Shown in pieces: positions 47,592 to 58,090 of a stretch of DNA of 64,000 nt (position 1 is the stretch's first letter; each line of letters begins with the position of its first letter). The stretch is from Candidatus Methylomirabilales bacterium (lineage in GTDB: Bacteria > Methylomirabilota > Methylomirabilia > Methylomirabilales > CSP1-5): contig JBHIAH010000005.1 of assembly GCA_046758505.1 (NCBI GenBank), positions 6,273 through 70,272 on the forward strand, given 5' to 3'. A model generated the notes under the pieces. The model was not told where the DNA came from. It made no database searches and worked only from the letters and a program-made list of their open reading frames with translations. Position numbers and translations under genes: made by a program.

Positions 47592-50500
47592 CTATGGCGT
47601 GAACGGACCGGGGCCCCCAGGCTCAGCCCCTGCCTCGACCACCTCTGCAGCCCGGTCCTTTTGCCTCACGGCATGCGGGAGGATTTTCCAGAACAGGCAG
47701 AGATAATGGTCCCAGCGCTCCAGAATCTCCCGGGACCGGTCACTCTTGGTGACCTCGAGATGTCGCAGGACCAGAGCGCGAAGCTCCTCGGCATCTTCGG
47801 CCCGCTCCACCCGCTCGATCCCGACCAGTTCCGGGTTATAGCGCTGGGGAAACGTTCCGTCCTCATCCAGCACGTAGGCGACGCCGTTCGTCATCCCGGC
47901 GCCGAAGTTCCGGCCGGTCCCGCCCAGAACCACCACACACCCCGCCGTCATGTACTCACAGCCGTGATCCCCAACGCCCTCGACCACGGCAGTGGCCCCG
48001 CTGTTTCGGATGGCAAACCGCTCCCCCGCCTGGCCGGCCGCCCAGAGGAAACCCCCGGTGGCCCCGTAGAGACAGGTGTTGCCCATGATCACATTTTCGT
48101 GCGAGCGATACCGGGCCTCGGGGGGCGGCACCAGGATGAGCTCGCCCCCGCCCAACCCCTTCCCCACATAATCGTTGGCCTCCCCCACCAAGACAAAGCG
48201 CATGCCCGGTGTCAGAAAGGCCCCAAAGCTTTGGCCAGCACTCCCCCTGAAGAAGACCTCAACGCTCCCCGCGGACAGTCCCCGATCCCCGTACCGGAGG
48301 GCGATCTGACCCGCCAGCGTGGCCCCCACTGTCCGGTCGGTGTTGCCGATCCTGTAACTCAAACGGAGCGGCACCTTCCCCTCGAGCACCCCCCTGGCAT
48401 CGCGCAGGAGAACATCGTTAAAGGGCTCGTCCGGCCGATCGTTCCGGCGCTGGATCGCGCGCCTCGGCCTCGTGCCGCTCGGATCCGGATCGGCGAGGAT
48501 CGCCTGCAGGTTGAGGCGCGAGGCCTTCGGATGGCCAGGGGGCGGGACCGGCGCCAACAGATCCGTCCGCCCGATAACCTCGTCAAGTGTGCGGAAGCCG
48601 AGGCCGGCCAGGATCTCCCGGACCTCGTGGGCGACATGGGTGAGAAAATGAACCAGCATCTCGGGTGTGCCCCGGAACTTCGCCCGGAGGTCCGGCCTCT
48701 GGGTCGCCACCCCGACCGGACACGTATTCAGATGGCACTGCCGGGTCATGACGCACCCGACGGCCACCACGGCGGCAGAGCCAAAGCCGTACTCTTCCGC
48801 GCCCAGCATGGCAGCAACCATTACATCCCGGCCGGTCTTCATCCCTCCATCCACGCGTAAGGTGACCCGTCCCCGGAGGTCATTCCAGACCAAGACCTGC
48901 TGTGTCTCGGCAAGTCCCAGCTCCCAGGGGGCGCCGGCATTCTTGATGGAGCTGATCGGAGAGGCCCCCGTCCCCCCGTCGTGGCCGCTGATCAGGATCA
49001 CATCGGCGTATCCCTTCGCCACCCCCGCCGCAATGGTCCCCACGCCGGCCTCGGCCACGAGCTTCACGCCCACCGTCGCCTGGCGGTTGACCTCCTTCAG
49101 GTCGTAGATGAGCTGGCTCAGGTCTTCGATGGAGTAGATGTCGTGATGGGGTGGGGGCGAGATCAGGGGAATCCCCGGGACGGCGTGACGAATCTTCGCG
49201 ATCATCTCCGAAACCTTGTGCCCGGGAAGTTGTCCCCCCTCGCCCGGCTTGGACCCTTGGGCCATCTTGATCTCGAGCTGCTCCGCCCGGACCAGATACT
49301 CCGGGGTGACGCCAAAGCGGCCGGAGGCCACCTGCTTGATCTTGGAGTTGGCGCTGTCGCCATTTGCACAGGGGATCCACCAGGCGGGATCTTCCCCCCC
49401 CTCCCCCGTGTTGGACTTGGCCCCGATCCGGTTCATCGCGATGGCAATGGTCCGATGGGTCTCCGGCGAGAGGGCGCCCAAAGACATGGCCTGCGTGGTG
49501 AAGCGGCGTCGGATCGCTTCCACCGGCTCTACCTGGTCGATGGGGAGGGGGGCATTCGGGGACTGAAAGCGGAGCAGATCCCTGAGCGCCAAGGGCTCTC
49601 GGCTGTTCACCAGCCCCGCGTACTGCCGATACTCCTGATAGTCACCCCCCTTGGCGGAGTGCTGCAGGGCCTTCACCATCTTGGGGAAGAAGGCGTGCTG
49701 CTCGCCGCTCTGGCGGAAGCGATAGAATCCGATCTCGGGGAGCTTCGCCGACGGTTCCATGCCGTACGCTTCGCCGTGCCGCATCAGCACATCCGCGCAC
49801 AGCTCCCCGTACCCGACACCCCCAATCCGAGAGGGGGTACCGAGGAAGGAGCGTGCGATTACCTCATCATCGAGCCCGACCGCCTCGAAGATCTGAGCCC
49901 CTTGGTAGCTCGTGAGGGTGGAGATCCCCATCTTGGACATCACCTTCAGGATTCCCTTCCTGAGGGCGCTCCGGTAGTTTTTGAGGGCCTGCTCCACCGA
50001 CAGGCCTTCTGTCGTGGCCGCCCGGGCCAGATTCTTGACCGTCTGAAAGGCGAGGTAGGGGTTCACGGCGGACGCCCCGTACCCGATGAGGCAGGCCAGG
50101 TGGTGGACCTCCCATGCCTCGGCCGTCTCCACCAACAGATCCACCCGCATCCGCTTCCCCTCGCGAATCAGGTGATGGTGGACCGACCCGACACAGAGGA
50201 GCATGGGGACCGGGGCATGGGTCCCGTCGACCCCCCGATCGCTCAGGATGAGAAGCGTCTTCCCTTGATCCACGGCCTGACTGGCCGCCTCGCACAGCGC
50301 GGCCACCGCGGCCCGCATCCCCTCGGCGCCTCCGGCCACCGGGAAGAGGGTGGAGAGGGTCACGGCGGCAAACCGAGGATCCTTCAGCCTCCGGAGAGGC
50401 TCGAGCTCATGATCCTCGAGCAGGGGGCTTTTCAGGTGGATCAGGTGCGCGTGGTGCGGCGTCTCATCGAGGAGGGAGCCCTTGGGGCCGAGATAGACAT

Positions 50501-52133
50501 GGGACGACATCACCAGGCGCTCTCGCAGCGGGTCGATGGGGGGGTTGGTCACCTGGGCGAAGCGCTGCTTGAAATAGCCGTAGAGGAGCCGGGGTCGGCG
50601 CGAGAGGACCGCGAGGGGGGTGTCGTTCCCCATCGAGAAGACCGGTTCCTTGTTCTCGGCAAACATCGGCTTGAGGACGAGCTCGATCTCTTCGTTCGTG
50701 TACCCAAAGCAGACCTGCTGCCGCCAGAGGCTGGTCCCGTTTCCGCCACCCGCTCCTCCGTCGGCGGCGGGGGGGGCGATGGCAACCCGCAGGAGGTGCT
50801 TCTCGATCCAATCCCCGTATGGCCGCCTCCGGGCCATCTCTGCCTTGATCTCCGCGTTATGCTGCAGGACCCCCCGGCGGGTATCCACGGCGATCATCTG
50901 CCCCGGCCCCAACCGTCCCTTCTGCACAATCCTTCGCTCATCCAGATCCAGGACCCCCACTTCCGACGCCATCAGGACGATCCCATCCTCGGTGACCGCA
51001 TACCGGGCGGGGCGGAGGCCGTTTCGGTCCAGGGTCGCCCCGACCACCGTCCCGTCGGTGAACGCAAGCGCCGCCGGACCGTCCCAGGCCTCGGTCAGGC
51101 AGGCGTGGTACTCGTAAAACGCCCTGAGGTGCGGGTCCATCCCCGGCATGTTTTCCCAGGCTTCGGGAACCAGCATCATGAAGGCGTGCCGGATGTCCCG
51201 GCCGGACATGACCACCGCCTCGACCGCGTTGTCCAGATGGGCCGAGTCGCTGCCTCCCGGGGTCAGGATCGGCCGGAGCAACGAGACCCGGTCTTTCCAC
51301 ACCCGGGAGGTGAGTTCCTTTTCCCGGGCGTACATCCAGTTCTGATTGCCCTGGAGGGTGTTGATCTCGCCGTTATGGCCCAGCATGCGAAAGGGTTGCG
51401 CCAAGAACCAAGTGGGAAACGTGTTCGTGGAATACCGCTGGTGAAAGACGGCCAGGGCGGTCTTAAAGGCTGGATCCTGAAGGTCCCGATAGAACCGCCT
51501 GAGCTGCGGGGCGACGAAAAGCCCCTTATAGACGATCGTCCGGTGGGAGAAAGAGGGAATGCAAAAATCCCGGACCTGCTCGGCCCAGACCTGCCTCTCG
51601 ATCTCTTTCCGGCAGAGATAGAGGATCCGCTCGTACTCCTCGTCGGACGCCCCCAGCGGCCGCCCCATGAGAAACTGCTCGATCTGGGGGACGCCGGCGA
51701 GGGCTGTCTCACCCAAGGCGCTGAGATCCACCGGGACAGGACGCCACCCAAAGATCCGAAGTCCGTGTCGGGTCGCGCTCCCCTCCACGATGGCCCTGCA
51801 GAGGTGTTGACCCTCGAGATCCGGCCTGGGGAGAAAGAGCATGCCGATGCCGAGGTCCGCCCCCCCCACGAGCGGGACCCCGCACCGCTCCAGGTCCCGT
51901 CGAAACAGCTCCTGCGGGATCTGCGTCAGGACCCCCGCCCCATCGCCGGTCTTGCCGTCTGCCGAGACCGCGCCCCGGTGGGTGACATTCACCACCGCCT
52001 GGATTGCCATCTCGAGGATGGCGTGACTGCGGGTCCCCGAAACGTCGGCTACGAAGCCAACCCCGCAGGCATCCCGCTCTGTAAAGAGGGGATGCGCCCG
52101 CACACCGGGGGGATGGCGCTCTGCCTCCCTCAT
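47592..52133 (-). CDS. gltB: Glutamate synthase large subunit
   Basis: ERDACGVG (N-terminal Cys), HQRYSTNT, QGSKPGEGG, CHLNTCPVG, C-terminal GXGXG repeats. Confidence 0.95.
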   Translation of the reverse strand: MREAERHPPGVRAHPLFTERDACGVGFVADVSGTRSHAILEMAIQAVVNVTHRGAVSADGKTGDGAGVLTQIPQELFRRDLERCGVPLVGGADLGIGMLFLPRPDLEGQHLCRAIVEGSATRHGLRIFGWRPVPVDLSALGETALAGVPQIEQFLMGRPLGASDEEYERILYLCRKEIERQVWAEQVRDFCIPSFSHRTIVYKGLFVAPQLRRFYRDLQDPAFKTALAVFHQRYSTNTFPTWFLAQPFRMLGHNGEINTLQGNQNWMYAREKELTSRVWKDRVSLLRPILTPGGSDSAHLDNAVEAVVMSGRDIRHAFMMLVPEAWENMPGMDPHLRAFYEYHACLTEAWDGPAALAFTDGTVVGATLDRNGLRPARYAVTEDGIVLMASEVGVLDLDERRIVQKGRLGPGQMIAVDTRRGVLQHNAEIKAEMARRRPYGDWIEKHLLRVAIAPPAADGGAGGGNGTSLWRQQVCFGYTNEEIELVLKPMFAENKEPVFSMGNDTPLAVLSRRPRLLYGYFKQRFAQVTNPPIDPLRERLVMSSHVYLGPKGSLLDETPHHAHLIHLKSPLLEDHELEPLRRLKDPRFAAVTLSTLFPVAGGAEGMRAAVAALCEAASQAVDQGKTLLILSDRGVDGTHAPVPMLLCVGSVHHHLIREGKRMRVDLLVETAEAWEVHHLACLIGYGASAVNPYLAFQTVKNLARAATTEGLSVEQALKNYRSALRKGILKVMSKMGISTLTSYQGAQIFEAVGLDDEVIARSFLGTPSRIGGVGYGELCADVLMRHGEAYGMEPSAKLPEIGFYRFRQSGEQHAFFPKMVKALQHSAKGGDYQEYRQYAGLVNSREPLALRDLLRFQSPNAPLPIDQVEPVEAIRRRFTTQAMSLGALSPETHRTIAIAMNRIGAKSNTGEGGEDPAWWIPCANGDSANSKIKQVASGRFGVTPEYLVRAEQLEIKMAQGSKPGEGGQLPGHKVSEMIAKIRHAVPGIPLISPPPHHDIYSIEDLSQLIYDLKEVNRQATVGVKLVAEAGVGTIAAGVAKGYADVILISGHDGGTGASPISSIKNAGAPWELGLAETQQVLVWNDLRGRVTLRVDGGMKTGRDVMVAAMLGAEEYGFGSAAVVAVGCVMTRQCHLNTCPVGVATQRPDLRAKFRGTPEMLVHFLTHVAHEVREILAGLGFRTLDEVIGRTDLLAPVPPPGHPKASRLNLQAILADPDPSGTRPRRAIQRRNDRPDEPFNDVLLRDARGVLEGKVPLRLSYRIGNTDRTVGATLAGQIALRYGDRGLSAGSVEVFFRGSAGQSFGAFLTPGMRFVLVGEANDYVGKGLGGGELILVPPPEARYRSHENVIMGNTCLYGATGGFLWAAGQAGERFAIRNSGATAVVEGVGDHGCEYMTAGCVVVLGGTGRNFGAGMTNGVAYVLDEDGTFPQRYNPELVGIERVERAEDAEELRALVLRHLEVTKSDRSREILERWDHYLCLFWKILPHAVRQKDRAAEVVEAGAEPGGPGPFTP

Positions 52134-52291
52134 CGTGGCTTCTGCTTTCCCAGACACCTGTCCTCTCCCCCTGCGCAATCGCCCAGGATAACCCTATTCT
52201 ACTGCTGCTCACTTGTTCGAGCAACGCGAATGGCAAATGTGATGGAGGAGGGTGGGCGAAAGACCGTATCGGAGACGGTGTGCCTCTTCCC

Positions 52292-53344
52292 CTAGCCCCC
52301 GATGTAGGACATCTCGATCCTGTGGAGCCCCGCCGTCTCGCCCGAGCGGACCTCCGAGTAGCGGTCGGTGCGGCCCTGCCAGATCCGGCCGATGGCGGTG
52401 CGAATCGCGGCGTCAGAGGCGCCTCCGCGGAGGAGGCCGCACAGATCATGGCCCGCGGAGGCAAAGAGGCAGGTATACAGTTTTCCCTCGGCGGAGAGGC
52501 GCGCCCGCGTGCAGTCGCCGCAGAAGGGCCGGGTCACCGACGCGATGACGCCGATTTCCCCGCCGCCGTCCCGGTAGCGCCAGCGCCGGGCGACCTCGCC
52601 CCGGTAGTTTGGGTCGGCCGGCTCGAGCGGCAACTCGGCGTGGATCCGCCGCACGATCTCTGCCGCCGGGACCACGTCGTCGAGCCGCCACCCGTTCGTC
52701 GCCCCGACGTCCATGTACTCGATAAACCGTAGGACGTGCCCGGTCCCGCGGAAGAAGTGAGCCATGGGGAGAATGCCGTGGTCATTGACCCCGCGCTTGA
52801 CCACCATGTTGACTTTAACGGGCTTGAGCCCCGCCGCAGCGGCGGCCGCGATCCCATCCAGAACCCGGTCCACGGCGACGCCGACATCATTCATCGCCTG
52901 AAACACGGCGTTGTCCAGTGCATCGAGGCTTACCGTGACCCGTGTAAGCCCGGCCGCGCGGAGGGCCTCGGCCTGCTGGGCGAGAAGCACGCCGTTGGTG
53001 GTAAGCGTCAGATCGAGCCCCGGGAGACCCGCGAGCATCCGCACCAACCGGTCCAGGTTGCGGCGCAGCAGCGGCTCCCCCCCGGTCAGGCGGAGCTTCT
53101 GGACGCCGTGGGCCTGGAAGAGCCGGGTGAGGCGCGTGATCTCCTCAAAGGTGAGGAGCGCTTCACGCTCGAGGAACGGGTAGTCCCGGCCGAAGACTTC
53201 TTTCGGCATGCAGTAGACGCACCGGAAGTTACAACGGTCGGTGACCGAGACCCGGAGATCGCGGAGGGGACGGCCGAGGGTGTCGGTGACGCTTTCGGGT
53301 GGTTTCGGTGGCTGACCCTTCGTGATAGGCGTCCGCTCAGACAT
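52292..53344 (-). CDS. moaA: GTP 3',8-cyclase (molybdenum cofactor biosynthesis)
   Basis: [22 protein letters not shown]-terminal MSYIGG. Confidence 0.95.
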   Translation of the reverse strand: MSERTPITKGQPPKPPESVTDTLGRPLRDLRVSVTDRCNFRCVYCMPKEVFGRDYPFLEREALLTFEEITRLTRLFQAHGVQKLRLTGGEPLLRRNLDRLVRMLAGLPGLDLTLTTNGVLLAQQAEALRAAGLTRVTVSLDALDNAVFQAMNDVGVAVDRVLDGIAAAAAAGLKPVKVNMVVKRGVNDHGILPMAHFFRGTGHVLRFIEYMDVGATNGWRLDDVVPAAEIVRRIHAELPLEPADPNYRGEVARRWRYRDGGGEIGVIASVTRPFCGDCTRARLSAEGKLYTCLFASAGHDLCGLLRGGASDAAIRTAIGRIWQGRTDRYSEVRSGETAGLHRIEMSYIGG

Positions 53345-53346
53345 GA

Positions 53347-53498
53347 GCTCACGGCCACGGTTCAGGGTTCAGAGTCGAGGGTTCATGGTGCATAGTTCAG
53401 GGTTCAGGGTGAAACGACCAAGCTTCATCGCCGACAATCCCAAGTGTACCATGAACCACGAACCATGAACCGTCAATAGGCCATCGGTCAACGGGCAT
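53347..53498. repeat. Intergenic inverted heptamer-repeat array
   Basis: About 9 GTTCAGG-type units, a spacer, then CATGAAC CACGAAC CATGAAC CGTCAAT and CGGTCAA-type units. Confidence 0.8.
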
Positions 53499-53501
53499 CA
53501 A

Positions 53502-53996
53502 TCATTGCGCCTGTTTCTTGGCGATCGTGTACCGCTCGATCTTCTCCTGGAGCTTCAGCACCCCGTAGATGAGGGCTTCCGGCCGCGGGGGGCAGCCGGG
53601 GACGTAGACATCCACCGGCACGACCAGGTCCACCCCCTTGACCACGTGGTAGGCGTCGTAATAAAAGGGCCCACCGGAAATGGCACACGCCCCCATGGCG
53701 ATGACCCACTTGGGCTCGGGCATCTGTTCGTACAGGGTCTTGATTCTGGGGGCCATCTTTTCCGTTACCGTCCCAGCCACGATCATGACGTCCGACTGTC
53801 TGGGGGAAGGGCGAAAGACGCCCGCCCCGAGCCGGTCCAGATCAAACCGGGAAGCCCCCGTCGCCATCATTTCGATCGCACAGCACGCCAACCCAAAGGT
53901 CATCGGCCAGGGAGACGACTTGCGGGCCCAGTTAAAGAGCCAGTCGAGCGTGGTGGTCACGACCCCTGGCTCGATTTTCCCTTCTAAGACACTCAT
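53502..53996 (-). CDS. nuoB: NADH-quinone oxidoreductase subunit B (second stand-alone copy)
   Basis: [38 protein letters not shown]. Confidence 0.92.
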   Translation of the reverse strand: MSVLEGKIEPGVVTTTLDWLFNWARKSSPWPMTFGLACCAIEMMATGASRFDLDRLGAGVFRPSPRQSDVMIVAGTVTEKMAPRIKTLYEQMPEPKWVIAMGACAISGGPFYYDAYHVVKGVDLVVPVDVYVPGCPPRPEALIYGVLKLQEKIERYTIAKKQAQ

Positions 53997-54020
53997 CGGT
54001 GCCTCCGTAAACCCGGACCC

Positions 54021-55481
54021 CTAAAGGCCCAGGGAGAGAAACTTCACCTCCAAAAACTCCTCGATCCCTTCCCGGCCTCCCTCGCGGCCCAGCCCGCTCT
54101 CTTTCACTCCGCCAAAGGGGGCTTGGGGGACCGAGGGACTTCCGTCGTTTACCCCAATGATCCCGTACTCGAGCTGCTCCGCCACCCGGAAGCAGCGACT
54201 CACATTCTGGCTGTAAAAATACGCCGCGAGCCCGTACCGCGTGTCGTTCGCCGCCCGAATCACTTCCGCTTCATCCCGAAAGGAAATCAAGGGGGCGACA
54301 GGCCCGAAGGTTTCCTCTTCCAGGATCCGCATCCCCTTCCGAACATCGGTCAGGACGGTCGGCTCAAAGAAGCGGCCCTGGGCGAACGGCCCCTCCGTCC
54401 GGGGCTTGCCCCCCGTGAGGACCTTGGCCCCCTTGGCGATGGCGTCCTCGACGTGCGTGCAGACCTTCTTGAACCCCTGTTCGTCGATCAGCGGGCCGAC
54501 CTGTACGCCCTCGTCCAGCCCGTTTCCCAGCGTGAATCGCTTCACCTGCTCGACGAATTTGGCCGCGAAGGATTCCAGGATCGACTCGTGGACGTACATG
54601 CGATTGGCGCAGATGCAGGTCTGCCCCATGTTCCTGAACTTCGAGGCTACCGCCCCGGCCACGGCCTTGTCCACGTCGGCATCCTCGAAGACGATGAACG
54701 GCGCGTGTCCCCCGAGCTCGAGGGAGACGCGCTTTACATGCTCGGAGGCGCCGCGCATCAAGAGCTTGCCGACCTCGACCGAGCCGGTAAACGTAATCAT
54801 GCGGACCAGGGGGTTTTCCAGAAGCTCCCGGCCCACCCCCCCCGGGTCCGAGGTGGTGATGCAATTGACCACGCCCCCCGGCAAGCCGGCCTCCTCGAAG
54901 ATCTTGCACAGGGCAATCGCGGTGAGGGGGGTCTGCTCAGCCGGTTTCAGCACCACTGTGCACCCGGCCGCCAGGGCCGCCGCGATCTTTCGCGTCACCA
55001 TGGCGGCGGGAAAATTCCAAGGGGTGATGGCCGCCACCACCCCGATAGGCTGCTTGATCACCAGAAGGCGCTTGGTCGCCACCGAGGCGGGAATCGTCTC
55101 GCCGTAGACCCGCTTTGCCTCCTCGGCAAACCACGCCACAAACCCGGCCGCATACGCGATCTCCCCCCGGGACTCGACCAGCGGCTTGCCCTGCTCCGAG
55201 GTCAGGGTTCGGGCCAACGCCTCCTTGCGCTCGAGCATCAGGTCTCTGACCTTGAAGAGGAGTTTGGCGCGCTGCGTGGCCGCGAGCGCCGACCAGTCCG
55301 GGAAGACCCGGTGCGCCGCTTCGACGGCCCGCGCCGCATCCTGGGGTCCCGCATCGGGGGCCGCGGCGAGCTCTTCGCCCGTCGCGGGGTTATGCACGGA
55401 AAACGTGCGTCCCGACGAGGCATCGACCCATTGCCCATCGATATACTGTCGAGGCCGCCCCTCAATCACCGTGGAAGACAT
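54021..55481 (-). CDS. gabD: NAD(P)-dependent succinate-semialdehyde dehydrogenase
   Basis: ITPWNFP, FTGS, LELGG, FRNMGQTCIC, EETFGP, FGGVKESGLGREG. Confidence 0.88.
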   Translation of the reverse strand: MSSTVIEGRPRQYIDGQWVDASSGRTFSVHNPATGEELAAAPDAGPQDAARAVEAAHRVFPDWSALAATQRAKLLFKVRDLMLERKEALARTLTSEQGKPLVESRGEIAYAAGFVAWFAEEAKRVYGETIPASVATKRLLVIKQPIGVVAAITPWNFPAAMVTRKIAAALAAGCTVVLKPAEQTPLTAIALCKIFEEAGLPGGVVNCITTSDPGGVGRELLENPLVRMITFTGSVEVGKLLMRGASEHVKRVSLELGGHAPFIVFEDADVDKAVAGAVASKFRNMGQTCICANRMYVHESILESFAAKFVEQVKRFTLGNGLDEGVQVGPLIDEQGFKKVCTHVEDAIAKGAKVLTGGKPRTEGPFAQGRFFEPTVLTDVRKGMRILEEETFGPVAPLISFRDEAEVIRAANDTRYGLAAYFYSQNVSRCFRVAEQLEYGIIGVNDGSPSVPQAPFGGVKESGLGREGGREGIEEFLEVKFLSLGL

Positions 55482-55538
55482 ATCCCGTTCCGTTTCCTGG
55501 AAATGAATTTTTTAAAGGAAGGTCAATGCTTTATAAAA

Positions 55539-55568
55539 AGTATAGGGGGGCGAGTCCCGGCGTGTCAA
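55539..55568 (-). promoter_or_regulatory. Sigma70-type promoter for gabD and downstream genes
   Basis: TTGACA-N18-TATACT on the minus strand. Confidence 0.6.
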
Positions 55569-55841
55569 GGCCTTGTTGCGCTTAGGGAAGACAACAAGGG
55601 TACGGCCCACTGCTGTCCAACACAAGTTTCAGCCAGCGCCCTTTCTGGTCTAACTCATTGAATTATAAGTGGCCCGCCGGCCGCTCAAATTTGAGGTTCC
55701 TCGGCTGGCCAGATACTGTCCAGGACGCCACCGCGACTGCCAGATGAGACAGCGGAGCCTCGCAGGGTGTAGCATCAAGGCTGTCCGAGCTTTTCTGAGC
55801 CTATAAGGGCCCGGCACGTGCCAAACAGACGCGGTAAATGC

Positions 55842-55879
55842 TGTCCAAGACCGCTTTGGCCAAAAAGCTATCTTGGACA
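55842..55879. terminator. Hairpin downstream of the DedA-PAP2 gene
   Basis: TGTCCAAGA/TCTTGGACA with inner GCTTT/AAAGC; no clear U-tract. Confidence 0.35.
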
Positions 55880-55975
55880 AGAGTGGGTACGGCCCCCTTT
55901 TCCAGACTCACACAGCCGGGAGGTACCTCAACAACCACACGTACTTGGGGGGCTTCTCTCCGCCCCATTCTCCTC

Positions 55976-58090
55976 TCAATCCTCCAGATCAATTACATAC
56001 ACCTTGCCATCGGTAAAAAACGGATCGCCGAGAAAATTTTGCCCAAGTGCCGGCTTCACGAATTGTTTCCTGCTGAATGTTCTTACAGCACCCGCTCGTT
56101 TTAGATCGCCAAACAAAAATTCCCGTTCCCCATCTATATCCGGCTCGATCCTATGCGCCACGAGCCACCTTATGCCCCGATCCATGCTCGCCGTACCGAC
56201 ATAAATTACCCTCCCATCGTCGGTCCTGAATTGCGTTCGCCAAAATCGCGCATGATGGCGTTCCGCCAACTTTTTTGCCTCTGTCTGTTTTTCAAAACCC
56301 AGGTCGTGAACACGCGCATCCCAGAAAGAAGGTGTAATCGGCGCCTCAGGATAATTTGATTCAAGCAGGGCAGCTCTCACCAGCTTCGCAAACGATGAAA
56401 GGTTCAGCGCATCTGCCACATGCCAACCGGCCTTCCGAAACGTATCTATAAGGTGCTGGTCGTCGCTCGTGATTAGGATCACACTTAGCGGTTCCTGATG
56501 CCTGCCTATGATCGTTTCCGTGTACTTCATCTGATCATTTTGAAATAGATCCATGACGTTCGAGACGACAGTTGCTGTTGGCCCCGCGTGGCCACCGACA
56601 AGGGCCGGCTGAAACTGCGCGCCAACGCCTGCGTAAATGCCGATGACTCCAATCATGATTACTACCGAGACCGCCCTTGCGCCCGCCCTCGCTTGCACTG
56701 GGATAGAATTACTCTTTTTCGAACGCATCCACTCTGTAAGGGTAATGCCGAGAATCAGCCACACAGCCCCCACCAGATAGCCACCCCAGACATCGCTCAC
56801 ATAATGGACGCCTAGATAGAGACGGCTGAAGCCGACGAGTATTATGGCAAGCGCCCCCGCGAATAAGGTATTCACTTTCACGGCCCAGCCTTTGGCATTC
56901 CGGATAAGCAGGTACGCAAGAAACCCATAAAACGCCATTGCGATCGTCGCGTGCCCACTCGGAAAGGAAAACGACTGCTCCGTGTACGCGGCAAGAGGGG
57001 GCCGGGGACGCTGAAATACGATCTTTCCGAGCTGCGTGAACGCCTCGCTGCCAATACTCGCAACCAGCAGCGGTGCGATGTAGATTTCTTGCCGCCACAA
57101 CCACAGAAGCACGCACGCCGCCGTTGCGACACTCAGCACGATCTGCCACTTTCCAAGTAAGGTGACCCAAAGAAAAAAGGTCGTGAGTTCCCTACTCCGA
57201 AATGCAACCAAGAGATTTGCCACTCGCATATCAGCGGCAACGATGGGGTCCGACGTGAGCACATCCTCGGCAACACCAGCAAGCAGAAGCAGCGCATAGA
57301 CAAACGCGATGGAAAGCACCGTAAGGGGTAAGCCAGAAAACTTTGACTTGTCGAGACGATCCGCGACAAATCGAAAGAAAAAGGGATGCCGGTTCACAAG
57401 TGCTCGCACGTCGGGATTTCCAACAATTGCATCTTTGATCGATTGCCACATTGACCAGGCGAGGGTAAGCAGATATTTTCCCTTTCTTACGACGAACCGC
57501 TTCAGCAGGTACAAAACACCAAGGAAAATCAGAAGCCCGCCTATCACGAGGCCGACGCGCGAGAGCCACATTTCGGCAAGCTGCAGCGATTTTCCGAAGA
57601 GGAAGCCTGCGAACACATGTTCGAAACCCCAAAGGATAGCGCCGATCGCATTCGCGACAAAGAACCTTTTCCTGCCCATCCCCGCCATGCCGGCCACGAC
57701 CGGTATGTTTTCCCGAAGTCCAGGCACGAACCGCGCCAGAAAAACACCTTTCCCGCCCCGGGCTTCGAAAAAGCACCGTGCCCTCTCAAGGTGTTTCGGA
57801 TTGAGAATTCTATGTTCTTCCCTAAAGATGTGCTTGAAGCGCTTACCAACGTCATAGCCGACATTATCTCCCATCACGGCTCCAACGATCGCAAACCACA
57901 ACAAGTCTCCGACGTCGAGATAACCGCGCGCAGCGATCGCACCAAGGAAGAGTACCGTGACAGAGCCGGGGACAAGCATACCGGCCACCGGAGCGCTCTC
58001 AAGAAGCGCAGCAAAAAAGGCTATCCAGTAGCCTACTATTCTGAAATGCTCAATGGAGGGCAAGAGCAGTGTGAGGAGCTGATCGAACAT
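55976..58090 (-). CDS. Bifunctional DedA/PAP2 phosphatase with LssY-like C-terminal domain
   Basis: LES...PG, GDNVGY, ARFVP (DedA); K..RPRP, FPSGH, SRLYLGVHYVSDV (PAP2); EP, RHHARFW, IDGER; lower GC than flanks. Confidence 0.88.
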   Translation of the reverse strand: MFDQLLTLLLPSIEHFRIVGYWIAFFAALLESAPVAGMLVPGSVTVLFLGAIAARGYLDVGDLLWFAIVGAVMGDNVGYDVGKRFKHIFREEHRILNPKHLERARCFFEARGGKGVFLARFVPGLRENIPVVAGMAGMGRKRFFVANAIGAILWGFEHVFAGFLFGKSLQLAEMWLSRVGLVIGGLLIFLGVLYLLKRFVVRKGKYLLTLAWSMWQSIKDAIVGNPDVRALVNRHPFFFRFVADRLDKSKFSGLPLTVLSIAFVYALLLLAGVAEDVLTSDPIVAADMRVANLLVAFRSRELTTFFLWVTLLGKWQIVLSVATAACVLLWLWRQEIYIAPLLVASIGSEAFTQLGKIVFQRPRPPLAAYTEQSFSFPSGHATIAMAFYGFLAYLLIRNAKGWAVKVNTLFAGALAIILVGFSRLYLGVHYVSDVWGGYLVGAVWLILGITLTEWMRSKKSNSIPVQARAGARAVSVVIMIGVIGIYAGVGAQFQPALVGGHAGPTATVVSNVMDLFQNDQMKYTETIIGRHQEPLSVILITSDDQHLIDTFRKAGWHVADALNLSSFAKLVRAALLESNYPEAPITPSFWDARVHDLGFEKQTEAKKLAERHHARFWRTQFRTDDGRVIYVGTASMDRGIRWLVAHRIEPDIDGEREFLFGDLKRAGAVRTFSRKQFVKPALGQNFLGDPFFTDGKVYVIDLED

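Noticed and set aside
48981..52295. 1104-aa ORF on the + strand
   Set aside because: Antisense shadow of gltB caused by GC-rich codon usage; no motifs
55650..55663. IHF-like site at the edge of the low-GC segment
   Set aside because: Imperfect match with no associated integrase or att site
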